NCBI GenBank assembly: GCA_030706785.1
Contig: JAUZNW010000001.1
Span: 1-63,215, forward strand
Length of the DNA stretch: 63,215 bases
Source of the DNA: Bacteroidota bacterium
GTDB taxonomy: Bacteria > Bacteroidota > Bacteroidia > Bacteroidales > VadinHA17
Reading direction: 5' to 3'
Shown: one piece after another, positions 28,218 to 35,567 of the stretch
How positions within the stretch are numbered: position 1 is the stretch's first letter
Layout of the letters: every line of letters begins with the position of its first letter
The notes under the pieces: model-generated
Databases searched by the model: none
What the model saw: the letters and a program-made list of their open reading frames with translations, nothing else
What the model was told of the DNA's origin: nothing
Translations under genes and position numbers: made by a program

Positions 28218-30404
28218 TTAATTGCCCAGTTCAAGCTGGTTTTTTACCAGATTAAAATATGCTCCTCTTTTTTCGATAAGGGTCTGATGATCACCGGTCT
28301 CAATTATCTGACCGCTGTCAAGGACCACGATCTTATCAGCATTCCTTACCGTGCTAAGGCGATGCGCTACAATTATTACGGTCTTACCCTTGAAAAATTC
28401 TGCCAGGTTTTCGACTATGACCTTCTCGGTATTTGCATCGAGTGAATTTGTCGCCTCGTCAAAGATCAGGATCTCAGGGTTTTTATAAATTACACGGGCT
28501 ATCAGCAGCCTTTGCTTCTGTCCCTCGCTAAGGCCATGCCCTTCAGAACCGATCTTTGTATTGTAACCGAGAGGAAGTGACTCGATAAGTCCCCTGATAT
28601 TGGCTGTTTCAGCAGCCTTTACCATCATTTCTTCATCTACCGGTGATGAACCTGGTGCTATGTTCCCGGCAATCGTGTCAGGGAACAGATAGCCATCCTG
28701 CATAACAGCCCCGACCTTTTCACGCCATAGCTTCAGACTTATATTAGAGAGACCGGTTTCGCCGACCATTATTTCACCCTTGACCGGCTGATAGAATCCA
28801 AGCAACATTTTCAGAAGCGTTGTCTTTCCACTTCCGCTTACACCCACTACCGCTGTCACCTTATTTTGTTCAATAAGAAGATCTGCGTCCTTCAATGCGA
28901 ATGGGGATCTTGGTCCTTCGTACTGGAACGAAAGATTCCTGACCGTTATGTTCTTGTTTTCAGGCAACCTTCTTACAAGATTCTCAGAATCAGCCTCTTC
29001 GTCTTCCATATTATGGACTTCTGCAAGCCTGTCGAGACTCATTTTTGCATCCTGCGACATCCTGAAGAAACCAATAATCTGACTCACGGGTACATTCATC
29101 TGGCCAATAATGAACTGAACTGCGAGCATCATACCAAGGGTCATGTTCCCTTTAAGGACTGCTGTTGCAGCAACTATAGTGATGAGTATATTCATGACCT
29201 CGCTGATAAATGTGGCTCCTGCTGACTGATATTGTATAAGCCTTAATCCTCTTACCTTCAGACCAAAAAGAGCTGCCTGGTGATATTCCCAGTTCCACCT
29301 CTTACTGAGCTCACTTTGCGTAAGCTTAATCTCCTGCATCCCGTTTATGATGCTGATCAGCTTTGAAACCGAAGCAGACATCTCCTTAAACCGGAGATTA
29401 TCGATCCGTGCACGTGATTTCATGAAGAGGGAAACCCAGAGAATGTACATGGCAGTGCCCACTATGAACAAGGCAACAATCTTAAGGCTGAATATTGCAA
29501 GTACGATGCCGAAAGTAACAAGATTAAAAAAGGAGAACAAGATGCTCAGACTCGCCGAGGTCAGGAATTCCTCTATCCTGTTATTGTCATCAATCCGCTG
29601 CAATATGTCGCCTGTCAGCTTTGAATCGAAGAAAGCTATCGGCAGGGCCATCAGCTTCTGAAGAAATCCTGAAATTATTGCTACGTTCACCCGTGATCCT
29701 ATGTGCAGCAGCAGCCAGCTCCGGATAAACTCGACCGACAATCTCCCGAGGACAAGCGCAAGCTGAGCAAAAAGAATAAGGTAAATAAATCCTATATCGT
29801 TATTGTTCAGACCAATATCTACTATTGATTGTGTAAGGAAAGGAATGATGAGCATTATACAGCTTCCGATCAGAAGACCGATTATCAGCTGTCCCAGATA
29901 TTTGCGATACAGCCTGAAGTAATTCAGGAGGAAGCTGAATCCCTTTTTTGTTTCCTGGTGATCTTCAATATTATAAAGGGCCGGTGTCGGTTCAATTAAC
30001 AGAACCAGTCCCGCCTTTTTACCATCTGCTATGGTGTAGGCCCAGTTTTGCTCAAATTCCTCCCGCGTATATTTTACCAGACCAGTTGCCGGATCAGCAA
30101 CCCAGATCATGCCGTTCTTTATCCTGTAAACGACAGTGAAGTGTCTTTGCTCCCAGTGAACAATACATGGCAGGGTGACTTTTTCCTCAAGAAGCTCAAA
30201 CGGAATCTTAACCCCTAATGTTCTGAATCCCAACGAATCGGCTGCCTCTGAAAGGCCCAGGAAAGATACTCCTCCCCTGGTGATAAAGCATTTCTTCCTT
30301 AAATAATCGATCGGGAAGCTCTTTTTGTAGTAACCCGCAACCATTTTAAGGCATGCAGGTCCGCAATCCATCGCATCATATTGTTTTACAAAGGGAAATA
30401 ACAT
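28218..30404 (-). CDS. Peptidase-C39-domain ABC exporter (PCAT; bacteriocin/peptide cleavage-export transporter)
   Basis: 728 aa. The N-terminal C39 domain has catalytic Cys in QYDAMDCGPACLKMV and His in VHWEQRHFTVVY. It has 6 TM helices. The NBD has Walker A GVSGSGKTT, signature LSEGQKQR and Walker B ILIFDEATNSLD. Confidence 0.92.
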   Translation of the reverse strand: MLFPFVKQYDAMDCGPACLKMVAGYYKKSFPIDYLRKKCFITRGGVSFLGLSEAADSLGFRTLGVKIPFELLEEKVTLPCIVHWEQRHFTVVYRIKNGMIWVADPATGLVKYTREEFEQNWAYTIADGKKAGLVLLIEPTPALYNIEDHQETKKGFSFLLNYFRLYRKYLGQLIIGLLIGSCIMLIIPFLTQSIVDIGLNNNDIGFIYLILFAQLALVLGRLSVEFIRSWLLLHIGSRVNVAIISGFLQKLMALPIAFFDSKLTGDILQRIDDNNRIEEFLTSASLSILFSFFNLVTFGIVLAIFSLKIVALFIVGTAMYILWVSLFMKSRARIDNLRFKEMSASVSKLISIINGMQEIKLTQSELSKRWNWEYHQAALFGLKVRGLRLIQYQSAGATFISEVMNILITIVAATAVLKGNMTLGMMLAVQFIIGQMNVPVSQIIGFFRMSQDAKMSLDRLAEVHNMEDEEADSENLVRRLPENKNITVRNLSFQYEGPRSPFALKDADLLIEQNKVTAVVGVSGSGKTTLLKMLLGFYQPVKGEIMVGETGLSNISLKLWREKVGAVMQDGYLFPDTIAGNIAPGSSPVDEEMMVKAAETANIRGLIESLPLGYNTKIGSEGHGLSEGQKQRLLIARVIYKNPEILIFDEATNSLDANTEKVIVENLAEFFKGKTVIIVAHRLSTVRNADKIVVLDSGQIIETGDHQTLIEKRGAYFNLVKNQLELGN

Positions 30405-30530
30405 TTCCTTACATCCGACCGTTTAGATATGGAAAGTAAAGATATTTATTATTTGATAAAAAACAGCTTACGTTATATACTTAAACAAACCATGCGCTGA
30501 CAGTTTGATACCTAACCTGTCAGGAAATGC

Positions 30531-30538
30531 TATATTTG
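30531..30538 (+). promoter_or_regulatory. Candidate -7 box TATATTTG (TAnnTTTG) for the sigma-factor gene
   Basis: It is an exact match to the Bacteroidota housekeeping -7 consensus, 29 nt upstream of the TTG start at 30567. It overlaps one copy of a TGWCAG repeat. Confidence 0.4.
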
Positions 30539-30566
30539 TCAGTTTATTTGGGAAAAAAATCAGCGA

Positions 30567-31124
30567 TTGTTCCGTAAGATCTCAGATAGCACAATCATTG
30601 ATGGTATCCGTCAACAGGATGATAAGATACTCAACTGGCTTTATGACAACTATCTTCAGACAGTAAGGCATCACGTGCTAAAGAACAGCGGTTCTGAGGC
30701 TGATGTTTCAGATGTGTTCCAGGAATCGATAATCGCTCTTTACAGGCAGATATCGGAGGATGGTTTGAACCTGACCTCCGACCTCAAGGGATATTTTTTC
30801 GGAATCGCGAGGAATATCTGGAGTGCTCAGCTCAGGAAAAAAAACAGAAACACAGAAATTGAAATTGATATACCAGACGAAACCGATAGTGAAGAATCAA
30901 AAAATCCGGTACTCGAGAGAATTGTGAGCCGGGCATTTGCAAAGCTGAACCCGGATGCAAGAATAATACTTACTTTATTTTCTGAGGGTTTTTCCTATCC
31001 TGAGATAGCAGTAAAAATGAATCTCAAGAATGAAACCTATGCACGCCGTAAAAAATATCTCAGCAAGGAAGCTCTGATGGCCTTAATAAAGGAAGATCCT
31101 GAGTACAAGGAATTCCTGGAATGA
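30567..31124 (+). CDS. Sigma-70 family RNA polymerase sigma factor, ECF-like (regions 2 and 4 only)
   Basis: 185 aa. Region 2 is VSDVFQESIIALYRQI ... YFFGIARNIWSAQLRK. Region 4 HTH is SYPEIAVKMNLKNETYARRKKYLSKEAL. It appears to start at TTG, with no in-frame ATG nearby. Confidence 0.8.
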   Translation: MFRKISDSTIIDGIRQQDDKILNWLYDNYLQTVRHHVLKNSGSEADVSDVFQESIIALYRQISEDGLNLTSDLKGYFFGIARNIWSAQLRKKNRNTEIEIDIPDETDSEESKNPVLERIVSRAFAKLNPDARIILTLFSEGFSYPEIAVKMNLKNETYARRKKYLSKEALMALIKEDPEYKEFLE

Positions 31125-34100
31125 GAAGATATCAGGGCGACTATTCCCGAAACAAGAATAATTACAGCACCAATTAACAGGAATATCTGTTTTGACGGGT
31201 AAAGCTGTGAATTGTTCCCGTAAATGACAAGGGATGACCAGAAATAAGGATGTGAGCGCAGCATATCAGCATTCTTCAGGTAGTCGATCCTGGCCTTTCT
31301 CAATGCCGTACTTTTTGTCTCACCCTTCTTCAGATTCCTGTAAAAGTCCTTCACTATCTCGGTTCCTGACCGGTCATCGATTTCCCACATCGACATTATC
31401 ACCGACTGGCTTCCTGCATAGATAAATCCCCTGGCCAGACTTAGTATTCCTTCTCCGGAATGTAACTTCCCTGATCCCGTGTTGCATGAGCTCAGTATCA
31501 CCATCTTGGCCTTCAGAGGAATCCCATAGACTTCATAAGTATTCAGGTTGCCGTCTTCCACTGAGTCTTTTTCCTGATAAAAAAGCATTTTCGAATACAT
31601 GGGGTACTGATCATTAAGGACCGTATGCATTGCAAGATGGATAACGTCATACTTTCCGGCTTCTGACTTAAAAACTGATTCCTTCGCTCCATTATTGATA
31701 CAAAGCTTCCCGTTTGTCAGACTTGTAACAAATTCTGCTTCTATCCTTGCATAAGGGAGATCGCGCAGCTTTGACAATCTTACCTGGCGTAAAATAAGCA
31801 GTGAGTCAACATCAATTGTGCCTGTGTAAACAGGAGCAAATGCTATTACACTGTTGCTAAAATTATTACTCTTTTTCGTGGATTCTGCAAGAAGGGTTGC
31901 AGAGTATGTGTATGAGATCCGGTAATCGTCCATAAGATACGGGATATCCCTGAACTGTGTTTTACCGGCAGGAGCATTACCAGCCGGTATGGCTTCGAAA
32001 GGAATATATGAAAGTATATTATCGGGAGAGATCAGAAGCTTGTCTGATATAAGATATTTTCTGACGGGCTCGAATATTGTCCTGTAAAGAATGCGTCCTG
32101 TCTCCTGAAACTGGGTGAAGCTTGTTCTGGCGCTGGTCAACGGATTTGAAAGCAGATTCCTGAACCTCCTGATGGTTTCAAAAAATCCTGAATCGATTGA
32201 TATTGTAAGCAGCTCCTGGTGCTTTCGGTTCGTAAGGAATATATAAATACAGGTATCAGCAACAACATAATTAAGGTAGTTCGTATTTCTGCCTGTTATT
32301 CTGGGTATATCGTGCGGACCGAGTACACTTGTATTGTATTTTATCTGGTAATATTCGGGATAATTCTTTTCAAGGACATTTATCAGGGAATCCCGTTTTT
32401 GCGTGGCGCTCAGTACAACGTTTTTCCATTCCGAGACGACTGAAGCATCAGTTTTCTTCCCGGCATTCTCTTCTGAAATCATTGCATTGTAGAAACCTAT
32501 TTCCATTTTGAGGCGACGTTCAAGGTCAGCAATTTCAGGAGGAATGTGGAACTGTGTCGCTTTAAGCTCCCTGGTTGATGCCAGCAGGCCTGCAACTTTG
32601 CTTTTTTCTGAATATTCAAAGGCTTTGTCTCTGTATGCTTTATTACCTGTTTGTTTATAGCAAAGGTCAAAATCACGTATTGCATACAGGTATGCATCCC
32701 GGTACCTGTCGCCGAGGATGACCCGGCTGTCTTCCTCGCTGATGTTAATTCTTACCTTCTCAATCAGTCGCACCAGCAGCTCGCTTGTATTAGATGCTGT
32801 CTCAAGAAAATTGTAATATTTGCTTTTACTGTAGAGATCCCAGAGTATCCTGTATTTTGCCTTAAGCACATTTATTGTCCACTGGTCTGCCTCCATCTGA
32901 TCAGGATCGGGATTTCCAAGAGCGGGTAATTTCCCTTTCCCGTTAATCCCGTGGAACAACAACCCCTGAACGACCTCAAGTGCTTTCTCCGCCTCTCCGT
33001 TTCCTGAAAGCGTCAGTGCATATCCCAGGAGAACCTGATCTTTCAATGAAACGTCTTCACTGTGATTGTTTAAATACGAAAGGCATTGTTCATAAAGCCT
33101 AAGTGATTTATTTATATCGATATTGAAAGTTCTGAGGTATTCTGCATAGTTCTTCATAACCTCAAAATATTCTCTTGAATCAGGACCGGAAAAATCCCTG
33201 GCCTTATTTAGAGAATTGATTATCAGGATTTCCCCCTTTCTTATTTTGCCGGCATTTCCGAGTACTATTGCAAAGCTGTTGATCAGGTTGAACGAAAGCG
33301 ATGAATTAGATGATTTTATCAAACTGACCCCCCTGTTAAAATAGTCATCCGATTTCTTATTATTCCCTAAAAAGAAATAGGTGACCGCAAGGGTATTAAG
33401 CAGATTTATGTAATTATCATCTACTCCCAGCGAGAATACCTTGTATACCGATTCGGCTTTCTCGAGATACAGTACCGCCTTGGAATAGTCAGACATCCTT
33501 ACATAGCATGCACCGATACTTGTGTACAGGTTGGCGATATCCGCACCATAGCTTCCCTTGCTGCCGTTTATAAGCTTCAGGGCTGTATTGCCGGTGGCAA
33601 TTGCTTTATTATATTCATTCTGTCCGAAATAAGCTGATACCAGGCTGGAATAACCACTTAGCAGCAAAGGGCTTGATTCGCCGTATAGTTTCTTTTCCAC
33701 TTCCAGGGATTCCAGGGTATATTGTTCCATTTTCCTGTAATCGCCAAGGTTATTATATGCAATCCCCATATTGTAAAGGCATTTTGCAAGAATCTCATCC
33801 TCACTTATCTGTCTCCTGATCGAGGCCGATAACCTGAACCAGTTAATGGCTTCTGAATTTTCCCTCAGGACAAGATAATAAACCCCTATGTAAAACTGTG
33901 AAGCCGATGAAGTCAGGTTATCAATGTTATTACTCTTCAGGATTTTCAGCATCGACTTTACGATTATCCTGGAATTCATAGTGTCGCCTTCGGCAACAGC
34001 AGCTAAAATTTTTGCATTCAGCTTTTCAAGATCCCTCGAAGGATCATCACTCTGGGATCTGTGATCTGTCTCAAACTCCATATCAGAATCATCACTGTTG

Positions 34101-34198
34101 TATGGTATGACATTACTGGCCTGTGTGTCCGAATAATTCCAGCAGGACAGCATGGAGCATACGATCAGGAGCCGCAATATGCGATATAAATAAATCAT
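31037..34198 (-). CDS. Membrane-anchored TPR-CHAT protein (caspase-like Cys protease fold)
   Basis: The ATG at 34198 gives the signal/lipoprotein-like N-terminus MIYLYRILRLLIVCSMLSC. An acidic linker follows, then about 8-10 TPR-like repeats (e.g. AKCLYNMGIAYNNLGDYRKMEQY, ANLYTSIGACYVRMSDYSKAVLY). The C-terminal CHAT domain has His in DVIHLAMHT and Cys in VILSSCNTGSG, followed by GEGILSLARGF. The C-terminal TM helix IFLLIGAVIILVSGIVALI is followed by a basic 35-aa tail. The track start at 34261 is TTG. Confidence 0.85.
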   Translation of the reverse strand: MIYLYRILRLLIVCSMLSCWNYSDTQASNVIPYNSDDSDMEFETDHRSQSDDPSRDLEKLNAKILAAVAEGDTMNSRIIVKSMLKILKSNNIDNLTSSASQFYIGVYYLVLRENSEAINWFRLSASIRRQISEDEILAKCLYNMGIAYNNLGDYRKMEQYTLESLEVEKKLYGESSPLLLSGYSSLVSAYFGQNEYNKAIATGNTALKLINGSKGSYGADIANLYTSIGACYVRMSDYSKAVLYLEKAESVYKVFSLGVDDNYINLLNTLAVTYFFLGNNKKSDDYFNRGVSLIKSSNSSLSFNLINSFAIVLGNAGKIRKGEILIINSLNKARDFSGPDSREYFEVMKNYAEYLRTFNIDINKSLRLYEQCLSYLNNHSEDVSLKDQVLLGYALTLSGNGEAEKALEVVQGLLFHGINGKGKLPALGNPDPDQMEADQWTINVLKAKYRILWDLYSKSKYYNFLETASNTSELLVRLIEKVRINISEEDSRVILGDRYRDAYLYAIRDFDLCYKQTGNKAYRDKAFEYSEKSKVAGLLASTRELKATQFHIPPEIADLERRLKMEIGFYNAMISEENAGKKTDASVVSEWKNVVLSATQKRDSLINVLEKNYPEYYQIKYNTSVLGPHDIPRITGRNTNYLNYVVADTCIYIFLTNRKHQELLTISIDSGFFETIRRFRNLLSNPLTSARTSFTQFQETGRILYRTIFEPVRKYLISDKLLISPDNILSYIPFEAIPAGNAPAGKTQFRDIPYLMDDYRISYTYSATLLAESTKKSNNFSNSVIAFAPVYTGTIDVDSLLILRQVRLSKLRDLPYARIEAEFVTSLTNGKLCINNGAKESVFKSEAGKYDVIHLAMHTVLNDQYPMYSKMLFYQEKDSVEDGNLNTYEVYGIPLKAKMVILSSCNTGSGKLHSGEGILSLARGFIYAGSQSVIMSMWEIDDRSGTEIVKDFYRNLKKGETKSTALRKARIDYLKNADMLRSHPYFWSSLVIYGNNSQLYPSKQIFLLIGAVIILVSGIVALISSHSRNSLYSGSSFIKAIRASLLRYFLRRA

Positions 34199-34448
34199 CA
34201 GAGGTGATCTGATTTTTAGAATTCCCCGCGTAAATATTGCATGTTTATTTAACAAAGCCAATGCAAATATAAAAAATTTGAATGTATATCAATGGTAAGT
34301 AATTGATTACCTTGAAATAACGAATTTTTTGATAAAATATTTGATTTTTCTGTGTCACAAATGGTGTAATACCGACATGTTACAGTGTAATGATCGCAAG
34401 AATTACGAATTACCCGAATTAAGTATCAATGATTAAAACATTAAAGAG

Positions 34449-34586
34449 ATGAAAACCCTGAATTTTGAACCTATCGAAGAAATTTTTGGAGATTACGCTC
34501 TTACTGCGGAAGAAATGATTTGTGTTAAAGGTGGTGATGCCGGAGAACCAATTGTCAAACCAGCTCAGCCGCCGATAAAGATTTGA
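34449..34586 (+). CDS. Double-glycine-leader peptide precursor (45 aa), predicted 16-aa mature peptide DAGEPIVKPAQPPIKI
   Basis: My own translation is MKTLNFEPIEEIFGDYALTAEEMICVKGG/DAGEPIVKPAQPPIKI, with the stop TGA at 34584-34586. The leader ends in an L-x-x-E-E-M-x-x-V-K-G-G motif, typical of substrates of C39 ABC exporters. The ORF is too short for the supplied ORF track. Confidence 0.6.
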   Translation: MKTLNFEPIEEIFGDYALTAEEMICVKGGDAGEPIVKPAQPPIKI

Positions 34587-34604
34587 CAAACCTTTTTTGA
34601 CAGG

Positions 34605-34623
34605 CCTGCTTAAGCGAAGCAGG
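34605..34623 (+). terminator. Stem-loop just downstream of the peptide ORF (weak terminator/attenuator candidate)
   Basis: cctgctt-aagcg-aagcagg forms a 7-bp stem 19 nt after the peptide stop codon. Only a short U-tract (ttcagatt) follows, so termination is probably partial. Confidence 0.4.
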
Positions 34624-34787
34624 TTCAGATTGCAACCCTGTTACCAGGGATTGTTGTCTTGGATTTCGGATACAGGTCTGGACTGATTTTTTCAGCCGGA
34701 CATCGTGTTCATGAGTGCAAATACTGGCACAAGTTGTGCGTATGTATTTGATATATTGAAGTTTGGAATAATTATAAACGCGATATT

Positions 34788-35531
34788 ATGAAAACTATCG
34801 ATTTTTCATACTTCATCGAACGGTATAATGCCGGAGAGATGGACGAAGCTGAGATGCAATGGTTCAGGAAAGAACTAAGGGAAAACCAAAAACTAAGGAA
34901 GGAGGTTGAACTGAGGAATAAAACTGACGATATCCTGAAAAACCAGGATCTGATGAACCTCAGGAACAAGCTCAACGCAATTGAAAAGCAACGGGCTGTT
35001 ACAATGCCTGTGAGGAGAAACCGGCAGCCTGTAATCAAGTATGCCGCCGTAATTGCAGCCCTTATTATATTGGGCAGCCTTGCCCTTTTAACCAACAAAC
35101 GACAGAGTACCGATGAATTGATAGACCGGTACTATAAACCTTATGAGACAGCGTCAGCATCACGATCTGCTGAATTCATAAACAATAGCGATTACAATCT
35201 GGCCGTTGAATACTATAATATCAGGGACTACAGGAACGCTGCAATATATTTCAGCAGAGTTCTTGAAAAAGATCCTGATAACATGCATTCAACACTGCTG
35301 AACGGTATATCAAATTTTGAAATTCAGAATTACTCTGAAGCAAAGCGTTCCTTTTCAAAGGTAATAGACAATAACGACAACTATTATATCGATCATGCCC
35401 AATGGTACCTCGCGATGTGCTACATCCGAACGGATGAAAGAAGCAAGGCTGTCCAGGAGTTGACGTTAATTAAGAATTCGAATACAATCTATACCAAGCC
35501 TGCAAGGAAATTGCTGAGAAACCTCAGGTAA
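34788..35531 (+). CDS. Single-pass anti-sigma-like protein with a periplasmic TPR domain
   Basis: 247 aa. The N-terminal ~85 aa are helical and cytoplasmic (YFIERYNAGEMDEAEMQWFRKELRENQKLRKEVE resembles the N-terminus of Bacteroidota FecR-type anti-sigmas). A positive patch (RRNRQPVIK) precedes the TM helix YAAVIAALIILGSLALL. The C-terminal ~140 aa carry TPRs (AVEYYNIRDYRNAAIYFSRVLEKDPDN). The anti-sigma function is inferred. Confidence 0.65.
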   Translation: MKTIDFSYFIERYNAGEMDEAEMQWFRKELRENQKLRKEVELRNKTDDILKNQDLMNLRNKLNAIEKQRAVTMPVRRNRQPVIKYAAVIAALIILGSLALLTNKRQSTDELIDRYYKPYETASASRSAEFINNSDYNLAVEYYNIRDYRNAAIYFSRVLEKDPDNMHSTLLNGISNFEIQNYSEAKRSFSKVIDNNDNYYIDHAQWYLAMCYIRTDERSKAVQELTLIKNSNTIYTKPARKLLRNLR

Positions 35532-35567
35532 TTGATAAACGGGAAATAGTTACCAACCAATAAAGTA

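Noticed and set aside
30567-34261. The sigma plus TPR-CHAT pair considered as a type III-E CRISPR (Craspase) remnant
   Set aside because: The window has no gRAMP/Cas7-11 gene, no Csx30/Csx31-like genes and no CRISPR array. The CHAT protein has a signal peptide and a TM anchor, unlike cytoplasmic Csx29. The resemblance is only in regulatory logic.
34711-34791. 26-codon upstream ORF (MSANTGTSCAYVFDILKFGIIINAIL) whose TGA overlaps the anti-sigma-like ATG (ATGA)
   Set aside because: The stop/start overlap is suggestive of coupling. But the ORF is tiny, has no recognisable leader or GG motif, and I have no conservation evidence. I cannot support it as a gene from sequence alone.
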